A stretch of DNA of 64,000 nucleotides from Parcubacteria group bacterium Gr01-1014_20 (GTDB lineage Bacteria > Patescibacteriota > Minisyncoccia > UBA6257 > 2-01-FULL-56-20), in the NCBI GenBank assembly GCA_007376265.1, contig VMFW01000003.1:1315-65314 (forward strand), given 5' to 3'. The position numbers and the translations under genes are program-made. Every line of letters starts with the position of its first letter. Positions within the stretch are counted from its first letter, which is position 1. The notes below the pieces were generated by a model that was not told the origin of the DNA, did no database searches, and saw nothing but the letters and a program-made list of their open reading frames with translations. Shown piece by piece: positions 19,813 through 28,825 of the stretch.

Positions 19813-20473
19813 GACCCTGGTTTTTGGTTTAGCCTGGCTTTTTTTGCCTTACTGGTTGTTTTTTGTTTTAGCCATATATTTTTACTTTGTGCCGCTTTTT
19901 AAACCCCTACCTCTCTTATTTCCATTTTTCCTAACCCTCATCTTAGGTTATGCTATTCCGCAGAATTTTTTTATGGCGGTATTTCTGGCCTCGATTTTCT
20001 ATTTGACCTTAGGGATTAAAGACCTGATTTTTGTCGAAAGGAAAGATGCTTACGAGACTCTAGTGTTGCTTTTGGTCTTCATCATGCTTTTTAAGTTTGT
20101 TAACGGTTTTTTGGGATGGGCTGACTGGTATTTACCAGTTTTTTTACTACTAGTTTCTATGGCTTTGTATTGGCTCTTTTCTGGTTTTTACAAATACAGC
20201 CGCCCAGAAAACGCCCGAGTTGACGGGGTAAGGGATTTTTTAAGTTTGGGTCTCTTCGCTTTTTTTGAGTTTCAGGTGGTGCTCGTAACTTTACTTTTAC
20301 CGATTAGTTATTTTTATAAGATTTCCCTGGTTTTCCTGACAGCGATGCTTATGTCGAGGTTGGTTTTAATTAATCTTTCCGGAGAGGTGAAGGGGAGGCA
20401 ATGGCTTTTGTATTTCTCGATTCTTTTTGTGTTTCTTGTGTTTATTTTCACGAGTAGCCAATGGGATCTTTAG
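19757..20473 (+). CDS. Hypothetical multi-pass membrane protein
   Basis: 238 aa, highly hydrophobic. Confidence 0.75.
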   Translation: MVEKLKLILRQTHWSLVVKTLVFGLAWLFLPYWLFFVLAIYFYFVPLFKPLPLLFPFFLTLILGYAIPQNFFMAVFLASIFYLTLGIKDLIFVERKDAYETLVLLLVFIMLFKFVNGFLGWADWYLPVFLLLVSMALYWLFSGFYKYSRPENARVDGVRDFLSLGLFAFFEFQVVLVTLLLPISYFYKISLVFLTAMLMSRLVLINLSGEVKGRQWLLYFSILFVFLVFIFTSSQWDL

Positions 20474-20532
20474 TGATAGAAAACAGAAAGTAGAAAATAG
20501 AGGACAAGACAAGGGGGAGGGGGTGTGAAACA

Positions 20533-20593
20533 TTCCGCCGGAGGCGGATCCGCCTTCCACCAGAGGTGGACTGCCCTTCGGCCAGTGGGCGGA
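20533..20593 (+). repeat. Double-hairpin element, copy 2, with nested extra hairpins
   Basis: TTCCGCCGGAGGCGGATCCGCCT[TCCACCAGAGGTGGA CTGCCCTTCGGCCAG]TGGGCGGA then heptamers. Confidence 0.75.
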
Positions 20594-20690
20594 GAATCAT
20601 GGAGCATGGATCATGGATCATGGGTTGGGGAATAATGTGGGGATGGAAAGTCCTTGGGTTTTGCGATAAAATTTTCTGTAATCCTATTCT

Positions 20691-21488
20691 ATGAGAGTTA
20701 GAAAGCTTATTTTGCCGGTCGCCGGGGCGGGGAAGCGGTTACGTCCTCTTACCTTACGAAAGCCGAAGGCACTTGTGCCGCTCAACGGTGGACCGCTTTT
20801 AGAGTACGTCCTTTACGAGGCTCAAGCCAGTGGGATTCGAGATGTGGTTTTAGTGATTAGTCCCCAGCATTTAGGCCAGTTTAGAAAATACATCAAAGAG
20901 CACAGGGGCAAGTTTCCGGATACGAGGTTCCATATTCGGTTTCAGGATCGACCGGTGGGAAATGGTCACGCGGTGGTTCAGGCGGCAGACGTTATCGGAA
21001 ATGAGCCTTTTGCAGTTCGATTTTGTGATGATTTGATAGTGAGCGATCCGCCGGTCTTGGTCTCGCTTATTAATATTTACGATAGATATAAATCCTCGGT
21101 TTTACTCCTCGAGCGGGTACCAAAGCAGAGGGTTTCTAGGTACGGAGTAGTTGGGGTTCGGAAGGTGGCAAAAACTTACGCAAGTTTGCCCAAAGGCAAT
21201 ATTTTTAGAGTTTTTGACATCATTGAAAAACCCAAGTTGAGCGTTGCTCCGTCTAACCTCACGATTGTGGGTGGGTACGTGTTGGGACCGACGATCATGA
21301 GAAATTTGATTAAAATTGTGAATTCATTGCCGGTCGCCGGGACAGATGCTTTGCCGATTGCACTCGCGCTCCAGGTAGAGCTGATCGTGAAAGGCAAGGT
21401 TTACGGCTGGGAGTTTACCGGACGACGACTTGATTGCGGCACATTAGATAGTCTAAAAGAGGCAGAGAAATTTCTTCAGAACAGGTAG
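20691..21488 (+). CDS. galU: UTP-glucose-1-phosphate uridylyltransferase-like nucleotidyltransferase
   Basis: ILPVAGAGKRLRPLT..PK, Q..PVGNGHAV, EKP, SNLTIVGGY, DCGT. Confidence 0.8.
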   Translation: MRVRKLILPVAGAGKRLRPLTLRKPKALVPLNGGPLLEYVLYEAQASGIRDVVLVISPQHLGQFRKYIKEHRGKFPDTRFHIRFQDRPVGNGHAVVQAADVIGNEPFAVRFCDDLIVSDPPVLVSLINIYDRYKSSVLLLERVPKQRVSRYGVVGVRKVAKTYASLPKGNIFRVFDIIEKPKLSVAPSNLTIVGGYVLGPTIMRNLIKIVNSLPVAGTDALPIALALQVELIVKGKVYGWEFTGRRLDCGTLDSLKEAEKFLQNR

Positions 21489-21524
21489 GGCGTAAGCTTT
21501 GCGCCTTTTGGTTTTGACTCGAGT

Positions 21525-21553
21525 TTGCAAAATTGCCGAATTGTTTCTATACT
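21525..21553 (+). promoter_or_regulatory. Sigma70-type promoter with TTGCCGAATT box in the spacer
   Basis: TTGCAA (21525-30), 17-bp spacer, TATACT (21548-53), 7 nt before GTG 21561. Confidence 0.65.
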
Positions 21554-21560
21554 GCCACTT

Positions 21561-22310
21561 GTGGATAATTTAAATCAGGCAGTAAGAATCAAGGCTTTTC
21601 ATATTAGCTATGCTCTAATGAGGCTCTCGCGGAGTATGCCCGGGGCTTTTTCGACTTATTTGGAGAGCTATTCTTTAGAGCTAATGGATACGGTGGTGTC
21701 GGGTGATTTTTCAGAGGCGAAATCGGTTCTAACATCTCTTGATTACACCCTAAGGTTGGCCAATGAGGTTGGGGCTTTGAGTCAAAGGAACTTTGATATT
21801 ATTCAGCGTGAAACCTATGCCCTAACAACTAGTTTTGGTGATTTGGGTAATTCGGCAACGTCGTCTGATGTAGATTTGGATGAGATTTTTAAGTCAGGTG
21901 AAGTCGTCGATTTTTTTGGGGGCGATGTTTCTGACCCAGAGGATATGTCAGCGGTTGATTATCAGGATGCCTTTGTATCTCCGCCAATCGATTTGCAACC
22001 TGAGGCTCATGTAGCTCACGAGGCGCATAAAATTGATTCGGCAATCGCCTCTGAACCCATTGATCAAAGAACAAAAGCTAATCCGGAAATTCGGCAATCG
22101 GCAATTCTTGATCGGATTCGGCAACGAGGTTATTGCCGGTTAAGAGACATAGAGGAGGCTTTTGTAGATACAAGTGAAAGGACATTGCGATATGATCTCC
22201 AACGCTTAATTGAACAAGATCTGGTTGAAAGAATCGGCAGTGGCGGTCCGGCTAGTTTTTATAGAGTTAAACGACCTCTTGGCGAGGTTAATGAAATACG
22301 GGAGGTGTAA
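21561..22310 (+). CDS. Helical N-domain plus C-terminal DeoR-like winged HTH protein
   Basis: RQSAILDRI...SERTLRYDLQRLIEQDLVERIG; start reassigned to GTG 21561 from promoter spacing. Confidence 0.8.
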   Translation: MDNLNQAVRIKAFHISYALMRLSRSMPGAFSTYLESYSLELMDTVVSGDFSEAKSVLTSLDYTLRLANEVGALSQRNFDIIQRETYALTTSFGDLGNSATSSDVDLDEIFKSGEVVDFFGGDVSDPEDMSAVDYQDAFVSPPIDLQPEAHVAHEAHKIDSAIASEPIDQRTKANPEIRQSAILDRIRQRGYCRLRDIEEAFVDTSERTLRYDLQRLIEQDLVERIGSGGPASFYRVKRPLGEVNEIREV

Positions 22311-22507
22311 CCATTGGTCTCACCTTTCGTTCTAATGACTGATCCAGCCCGTTTTTGTGGTTTTCCACATAGGCATTCTTCATTGGCTGGGGTAGGATTG
22401 ATAGGTTAGGTTTTAAGGTTCAGGTCGCGCTTTTGCGCGACTCGTCTGCTAGCAGGGGACGAGTGAGGCTGAATTCTAAAAAACTTAGGTTTCAGAGTTT
22501 CAGGTTT

Positions 22508-22538
22508 TTCCTCCGGAGGAGGATCCGCCTCTGGCGGA
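22508..22538 (+). repeat. Double-hairpin element, copy 3
   Basis: TTCCTCCGGAGGAGGATCCGCCTCTGGCGGA. Confidence 0.88.
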
Positions 22539-22647
22539 AGGTTGAGGGCGTTTTTGCCCGGTTTTCTTTGGTGGTTCTTAATTTAGTAAGCCAAAGATCA
22601 CTGAAAACTTGGAGCACTAATAAACTTGGGTGTATTAGAAATTTAGT

Positions 22648-22672
22648 CTCGCCAGAACGGCGAGGTTTTTTT
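22648..22672 (+). terminator. Terminator-like hairpin upstream of the S-layer leader
   Basis: CTCGCC-AGAAC-GGCGAG then T run. Confidence 0.6.
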
Positions 22673-22683
22673 ATTTAGATTTT

Positions 22684-22867
22684 AAAGGGTCGTGAACCTA
22701 CGCTTGCTCCGCAACTAATCCTCACTTAGATTAGCGGTGGGTCGAAATGCGAGGAGAACGACTTTCCCGAGAAAAACTTAAAAAGGTCGAGATTTAAGTT
22801 TAAATTCAGAAATTTATCTGGTCGATAAATTTAGTTAAAAATACAAGTCGATTAAAAAATTAGTTAA
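22684..22867 (+). promoter_or_regulatory. Structured leader with repeated GTCG(A) motifs
   Basis: Five GTCG motifs; hairpins AAACTTAAA-AAGGTCGAGA-TTTAAGTTT and AAATTTATC-TGGTC-GATAAATTT. Confidence 0.55.
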
Positions 22868-25800
22868 ATGAGTAAAATTAGTAAGTTTTCTACAGTAACG
22901 CTAGCGGTAGCCACAGGTGTGTGGCTCTCTGGTGTTGCTATGTTTGTTCCGGTTGCTCAAGCTCAAGGCTTAGATCTTCAAGCGCAGATTAATCTTCTCT
23001 TGGAGCAAGTTAAAGCCCTACAGCTTCAGTTGGCTGCTCAAGGCGGTTCTCCAGCACCGGTTGCCACAACGTTTACCCGAGACCTCACCTTGGGTTCGAC
23101 TGGCGACGATGTTAAGGCCCTCCAACAGTGGCTAAACAGTAGCGGTTTTCCAGTGTCCGCTTCGGGCGCTGGTGCGCCTGGAAGTGAAACGACCTATTTT
23201 GGAGCTAGAACGCAAGCAGCTTTGGCTAAATATCAAGCCGCCAAAGGGATCACCCCATCGGTGGGTTATTTTGGTCCAAAGACTCGAGCGTTTGTAAATT
23301 CCATTGGCGTGGTTACTCCTCCAATTGGCCAACCCCCAGTTATTCCGGGGACGGGATTGGTGATAACTTTGGCTTCGGACAGTCCGAGTGGTGTTTCTCT
23401 CCCGAAAGGAGCGACAGGCGTTTCTTTCTTGAAGTTTAACGTCAGCGGTAGCGGCACTTTGGATTCTCTTACATTCAAGAGGGTCGGAGTGGGTGCAACA
23501 GGCGATTTTGCGTCTGCTGGTGTTTACCTATACGAGGGGGCAACGAGGCTCACGAACGGCAAGTCAGTTAACTCAACAACCCATGAGGTTACTTTTGTTA
23601 ACCTAGCTTTAGCGGTTTCGGGTTCTCGAACCTTTACGTTGGTGGCAGACTTATCGGGTGGAGCGACGACTGGCAATAGAGATGGCTTCACGCTCGTCGG
23701 CTCAACCGGTACGCCAACTCCTTCCGGAGTTGTTACTGGTAGTGAAATGGCGATTGCTGGCCAAGCGGCTGGCGGTCTTACAGTAAACGATCAGAATTCG
23801 CCGGCTAATCCAAAGATTGGCCAGAAAGAAGCCCCGTTAGTCGAAGTCCTTATCACTGCAAGTTCGACAGAAGATATTTGGGTTGACCGAATCTCTTTCA
23901 CCGAGGGTGGGACTATCACTAACACGAATCTCTCGAATTTCGTATTGAAACAGAATGGTGTGACTGTGGCGACTGCCGCATCAATCGGAGCGAAAGATCT
24001 TGTAACCCTTATTTTCAACTCGCCTTTCAAGATTGAGAAGGGTCAAAACAGAGCCTTTGTTCTTCACGGTGATATTGCTGGTTCAACCAGGGCAGACGAT
24101 ACCATCATCTTTTACCTGGACAGCAAAGCTGATGTGTTGGCAAGGGGTGCTACCTACGGGTACCCAGTGTTGCCGGACATTACCGGTATAGACACGACTG
24201 GTGAAAGTACCTCGCTCACAGTTCAGGGAGGTGACATTACCGTTTCGTTCAACGGTCCGATCGTTGGCAATATTCCGCTCCGTGGTCAAGATCAAACTAT
24301 TTTTGACTTCACCATAGCGTCAGCCAACAACATCGAAATCAAGAACTTGAGACTTAATGCTTCGACTACCAACTTGGTATCGGGCATGGGTTTCAACGAC
24401 TTCAAGCTTTGGGATACCACTAACAACAGCGTGATCTCAAGCGCAACCGATATCACTACTTCTACGAATGTTACCGTGACCGATGTTATTAATTTCTCGG
24501 CTGGTCAGTCGAAGAGGTTTAAGGTGACGGTAGATGTTGATGCCGACAATGGCACAACCAGCACCATTCAGGCGGCCATTTTAGCTTGGCAGTCGGGTGA
24601 CATCCGCAACTTGGATAACAATACGAACGCAGCGACGAGCACGATTGTCCCAAGTGGTCAGATTACCGGCAATACCCAGACTACGATTGCCCCTGGCCTT
24701 GAAGTTCAGTTGTCTGGTGCTCCCGCATCTGACTCCTTCGTGAAGGGGGCGACTAACGTGCCTTTTGTTGGTTTCAGTCTTAGGGCGACGAATGATGATA
24801 TAAAGATCACTTCGCTTAAGATTAGCGCTTCAACGACTGGCGCGACTAGTTCGATTACAACCATCACCTCTGATCTTCAGAGCCTGGCGCTTTATGATGG
24901 CGCAACCAAGATCTCTGATTCGAAGAGTTTGACGGGTTCAGCATTGCCGGGAACTGCGACGTTCTCTAACCTAAACTACACCATTAAGAAGGGTGAGACT
25001 AAGACCTTTACGGTCAAAGGAAATATCTCCGCGGCGGCTACCGCTCAAGCGGTTCACTTTGTCTATCTTGCCGCAACCACGGATATTTCCGCGATTGACT
25101 CACAGTCTAACTCTGTAACCATAACTGGTAGCACGGCTAACTCCGGAGCGACCGCAGCGGTTACAACCTTGGCTTCTGGTGATGTGACGGTGGCTATGGC
25201 AACTCAAGATGGCGAATCTAAAGCCAGGCTGGTAATTGCTGGTGCGACCGAAGTTTTGGGTAAATTTAGGTTTACCTCGGCCAATGAGGCTATGACAGTT
25301 AATAAACTTAGCATCTTGGTGACACCGACTGCGGACAGCGCAACGGCTACGTCCACGGCTGTGAGCGACGAAGTTTCGGTTGTTAAGCTTTATGATGGAG
25401 CAACCGGGGCGGCGATTGGTAACTCAAGTGGTTACTCAATCATTGGTTCAGGCGCTTCCTCTGGTATCGCTTTGGTTGATAACCTAGGATGGGCTCTCGG
25501 TAAAAACGAAGAGAGGATCCTGGTGGTCAAAGGAGTAGTTTCCGGAATTGACATTAACTCCGATAACGGGGCTGATTCCGGCGCTTCGCTTTACACGGCT
25601 GTTATGGCCAGCGGTTTTGAGGCAGTTGGTTCAACCGCGCTTGATACAACGATCACGGCGGCCACCAGCACTCAAAAGATCGTTGTTCGTGGCAGACCAA
25701 CAGTGACTTGGGAGGCACCTCCTTCGACTTTGATGTCGACCAATCCGGTGGTAGCTCGATTCCGAGTAGCGGCCGGAGCGACTCCGGTGGCGTTTAAGAC

Positions 25801-26296
25801 TTTCAGCTTGAAGGTTGAGCCGACTGGCGCTACGATGACAGCAGTAACGACTTCTAACGTGACGGTTTACAACAACACGAAAGATGCGTCGGCTGCTCTT
25901 ACCCTCGCAACAGTTGTGAGCGGTAGTGGCACGGCTTCAACTGGTACAGCGGCTATACTCGGAGGCGCTACTGGTTACGTGACTGTAACTTTGGGCGCGG
26001 CCGAAGAAATCGGCATTAACAGCTCGAACGTCTTTGACGTGAGACTCACGTTTAACACTCTTTCGGCTTCTCCGAACGCAAAGGTAGCTGTTTCGCTTAG
26101 CGTTCCTGAAACGACAGCAGCTGGCAATAATGCCTCGATCACGACTGTTTTGGGCGCGACTACAGCTCCAGATGGCAATCCAGCCTTTGCCTGGTCTGAC
26201 TTCGCTGACATTAGTCATAGCGAATCGACCACGGACTGGCATAGTGGATTCCTCACTGAACTCCCAGTCTCTTCCGTGTGGCAGCTTACGAACTAG
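22868..26296 (+). CDS. Large secreted S-layer-like protein with peptidoglycan-binding domain
   Basis: Signal peptide, coiled coil, RDLTLGSTGDDVKALQQWLN...YFGARTQAALAKYQ...GYFGPKTRA, then repeated T/S/A/G-rich Ig-like beta domains. Confidence 0.88.
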   Translation: MSKISKFSTVTLAVATGVWLSGVAMFVPVAQAQGLDLQAQINLLLEQVKALQLQLAAQGGSPAPVATTFTRDLTLGSTGDDVKALQQWLNSSGFPVSASGAGAPGSETTYFGARTQAALAKYQAAKGITPSVGYFGPKTRAFVNSIGVVTPPIGQPPVIPGTGLVITLASDSPSGVSLPKGATGVSFLKFNVSGSGTLDSLTFKRVGVGATGDFASAGVYLYEGATRLTNGKSVNSTTHEVTFVNLALAVSGSRTFTLVADLSGGATTGNRDGFTLVGSTGTPTPSGVVTGSEMAIAGQAAGGLTVNDQNSPANPKIGQKEAPLVEVLITASSTEDIWVDRISFTEGGTITNTNLSNFVLKQNGVTVATAASIGAKDLVTLIFNSPFKIEKGQNRAFVLHGDIAGSTRADDTIIFYLDSKADVLARGATYGYPVLPDITGIDTTGESTSLTVQGGDITVSFNGPIVGNIPLRGQDQTIFDFTIASANNIEIKNLRLNASTTNLVSGMGFNDFKLWDTTNNSVISSATDITTSTNVTVTDVINFSAGQSKRFKVTVDVDADNGTTSTIQAAILAWQSGDIRNLDNNTNAATSTIVPSGQITGNTQTTIAPGLEVQLSGAPASDSFVKGATNVPFVGFSLRATNDDIKITSLKISASTTGATSSITTITSDLQSLALYDGATKISDSKSLTGSALPGTATFSNLNYTIKKGETKTFTVKGNISAAATAQAVHFVYLAATTDISAIDSQSNSVTITGSTANSGATAAVTTLASGDVTVAMATQDGESKARLVIAGATEVLGKFRFTSANEAMTVNKLSILVTPTADSATATSTAVSDEVSVVKLYDGATGAAIGNSSGYSIIGSGASSGIALVDNLGWALGKNEERILVVKGVVSGIDINSDNGADSGASLYTAVMASGFEAVGSTALDTTITAATSTQKIVVRGRPTVTWEAPPSTLMSTNPVVARFRVAAGATPVAFKTFSLKVEPTGATMTAVTTSNVTVYNNTKDASAALTLATVVSGSGTASTGTAAILGGATGYVTVTLGAAEEIGINSSNVFDVRLTFNTLSASPNAKVAVSLSVPETTAAGNNASITTVLGATTAPDGNPAFAWSDFADISHSESTTDWHSGFLTELPVSSVWQLTN

Positions 26297-26320
26297 AGTT
26301 TTTCCTTGTGAAACTCAAGA

Positions 26321-26350
26321 CAAAAAGGGCCCCTTCGGGGGCTCTTTTTG
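26321..26350 (+). terminator. Intrinsic terminator
   Basis: CAAAAAGGGCCCC-TTCG-GGGGCTCTTTTTG. Confidence 0.88.
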
Positions 26351-26397
26351 GTTGAGCTTGCGTTAGATTAACTAGGATAGATTCGCTATAATCAAAA

Positions 26398-28707
26398 ATG
26401 ATTTTGAGTATGAACTCACATTTGGCGTTTATAAAGTACATTCTATTTTCGACGGCTCTCTCGCCGCTGGTCGTGTTTTCAGTCCTCCCCTTCCCTTATA
26501 ACTCGAGCAAGGTAATTTTTTTGAACGCGGTAATAGAAGTGGCTTTGGCGGCTTTTATCCTCTACGGCTTTTTTAATAAGTGGAATTTGAGGAGTTTAAT
26601 ATCCGGCGCTGGTTTTAATTTTTTGAAAACCTTAAAGCACCCACTTTTTGTGGCGGTTTTGGTTTTGTTTTCGTCGATTACGATTAGCACCTTCTTTGCT
26701 TACAACCAATTCAAAGCATTTTGGAGCATGCCAGAGAGGGGAGACGGATTTTACAGCCTTTCGCACTATTTGATTTTTTTCGTTTTGACGACTTTGCTTT
26801 TCTTGAGAGATGACTGGCAAAAGTTTTTCAAAGTTTCGGTCGTAGTGGCAGCGATTGTGATTTTTTTCGCTTGGATGCAATTTTTCGGATCGGAAATATT
26901 TCCATTTTTTTTAAAAGCTAGTACAAGACCCGGCTCTTCCTTTGATAATCCGGCTTATTTGGCGAGCTACCTTGTTTTTATTTTGGCGATAGCAACGATG
27001 ACCGCGTTCTGGGCGAGGCGGGGAAGTTTTTGGCGATTTTTTGGGATGACGGTGGCGACCCTTTCACTTATAACAATTTTCGTAGCTAATGTGAGGGGAG
27101 TCATTTTGGGCGTCGTTTCGGGTTTAGTGTTTTTTGTTCTGGCTTTTTGTTTTAAGAATCGATCGGCGAAGCTTAAGAGGGTCGGAATTATTATCCTGGC
27201 CTCGATTTTACTTTTTACTTTTATTTTTGTTGCCAGCAGAAAAGCTGTTATATGGCAATCGATACCCGGACTGGATAGATTGGCTACAGTGAGTTTAGAT
27301 GATTCCTCGGCCAAGACTCGCTTGATCGCTTTGGGTTCGAGCTTTGCCGCGTTTAAGGAGAGGCCGATTTTGGGATGGGGTTTAGAGAACTATAATGTTG
27401 CCTATAACAAGCACTATAACCCAACTTATGCTCAATATGAGGAAACGTGGTTTGATAGAGCCCATAATAAGTTGGCTGAAATGGCAGTGACTCAAGGAGC
27501 GTTCGGCGTTCTAGCTTATCTTATGGTTTTTTTTACCGTATTTTTTGTGATTTTTAGAAAAGTCGCCGCAGATCGTGATGGAGCTCAAAAGGGCCTGATG
27601 AGTCAGGACAAACGTGGAGATAGTGGGGGTCTGGCACTTTTGGTTTTGGCAGCTACAACTCTAGCTCACTTTGTTCAAAACATTTTTCTCTTTGATACAC
27701 CCGTTGGCCACCTAATGTTTTTTAGCACCGTTGGCTTTATTTTGTTTTTAACAAAGGACCGTGATTTCGAGAATCGAAACCTTGATTTGTCCCCCCCAAA
27801 CCCTCCCTGGTTTCACGCCTTGAATGTTCTCGGGATTTTAATTGTTTTGATTATCTTTTTTAATTTATATTTCTACGCTTTCGTGCCTTATCGACAGGCG
27901 CTTGCTTTTCGCGGAGCGTTAGCGACTAAGTCTAGCGAAGAAATAGCTTTGAAGTCCAAGAGCTTTCTGGAGCCATATAACTATTTTCAGAGCGCCATAC
28001 GATTTCAATTTCTTGAGGCAGTCGTGGCAAGCGATTTACGAAAGCCAGAGTCGAAACCTGTGGCCGATAAAGCGGTTCAGGCGATGGAAGATCTGATCGA
28101 GAAAGAGCCCAGTTATGATCCCAGATATTATATTTTTTTGGGGGAAGCCTACAATATAAAGGGAAAGGATGATCCGGTTTTTTTAAAAAAGTCAGAATTT
28201 TATCTTCGGGAGGCTCTGAAGTTGGCCCCTAGACGTCAGGACATTTATTATTTGCTGGCCTATTCTTTAGCTGGCCAAGGCCGATCTGACGAGGCGGTCG
28301 GTTTGATGAGGGGAGTGGTGGCTTTGAGTCCTAACGTGGCTAGGGCTCATTATAATTTAGGACTAGAGCTGGCAATTCACGGTCAAGATAATTGGGAGGA
28401 GGTTGAGGTGGAGTTTGGCAAGGCGCTGGATATTGGTTTTGTAAATCACATGGCGTTGGATATTGGCACGGTAAGTCAGGGATGGATAGGTGTTGATTAC
28501 TACAATATGGAGATAATTTATAAGCAGATGCTTTCGGTTTACGTACCGGCTAGGGATAAGGTGAGAGTGGTTCGAATCGCCGAACGGCTGAAGCAGATTA
28601 ATTCGGATCCCGTCATACTGTCGGATCTGGATTCAGTTAAAAGATTGGCCGAAGATGGGGCGTGGGATGTTCTTATAAAGTCACTAATAGAGCCGCTGGA
28701 CAACTAG
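26398..28707 (+). CDS. O-antigen ligase/Wzy_C-family membrane protein with C-terminal TPR
   Basis: About 12 TM, ERGDG, RPGSSFDNPAYLA, PILGWGLEN, FDRAHN, TPR-like helices. Confidence 0.87.
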   Translation: MILSMNSHLAFIKYILFSTALSPLVVFSVLPFPYNSSKVIFLNAVIEVALAAFILYGFFNKWNLRSLISGAGFNFLKTLKHPLFVAVLVLFSSITISTFFAYNQFKAFWSMPERGDGFYSLSHYLIFFVLTTLLFLRDDWQKFFKVSVVVAAIVIFFAWMQFFGSEIFPFFLKASTRPGSSFDNPAYLASYLVFILAIATMTAFWARRGSFWRFFGMTVATLSLITIFVANVRGVILGVVSGLVFFVLAFCFKNRSAKLKRVGIIILASILLFTFIFVASRKAVIWQSIPGLDRLATVSLDDSSAKTRLIALGSSFAAFKERPILGWGLENYNVAYNKHYNPTYAQYEETWFDRAHNKLAEMAVTQGAFGVLAYLMVFFTVFFVIFRKVAADRDGAQKGLMSQDKRGDSGGLALLVLAATTLAHFVQNIFLFDTPVGHLMFFSTVGFILFLTKDRDFENRNLDLSPPNPPWFHALNVLGILIVLIIFFNLYFYAFVPYRQALAFRGALATKSSEEIALKSKSFLEPYNYFQSAIRFQFLEAVVASDLRKPESKPVADKAVQAMEDLIEKEPSYDPRYYIFLGEAYNIKGKDDPVFLKKSEFYLREALKLAPRRQDIYYLLAYSLAGQGRSDEAVGLMRGVVALSPNVARAHYNLGLELAIHGQDNWEEVEVEFGKALDIGFVNHMALDIGTVSQGWIGVDYYNMEIIYKQMLSVYVPARDKVRVVRIAERLKQINSDPVILSDLDSVKRLAEDGAWDVLIKSLIEPLDN

Positions 28708-28825
28708 ATTCTGGCTGGTTTGGCTTTGGTTTTTGTGGTAAAATGGGTGGGCCGTCTGAGCGGCTTTTTATGTGGGGCAGCTCTTACGAACACTTAGATT
28801 TTAGTTGGTTTAGGGGCTTAACTTT

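Noticed and set aside
22433-22678. 81-aa ORF upstream of the S-layer gene
   Set aside because: Made of repeat-element and promoter sequence, TTG start, no protein-like features.
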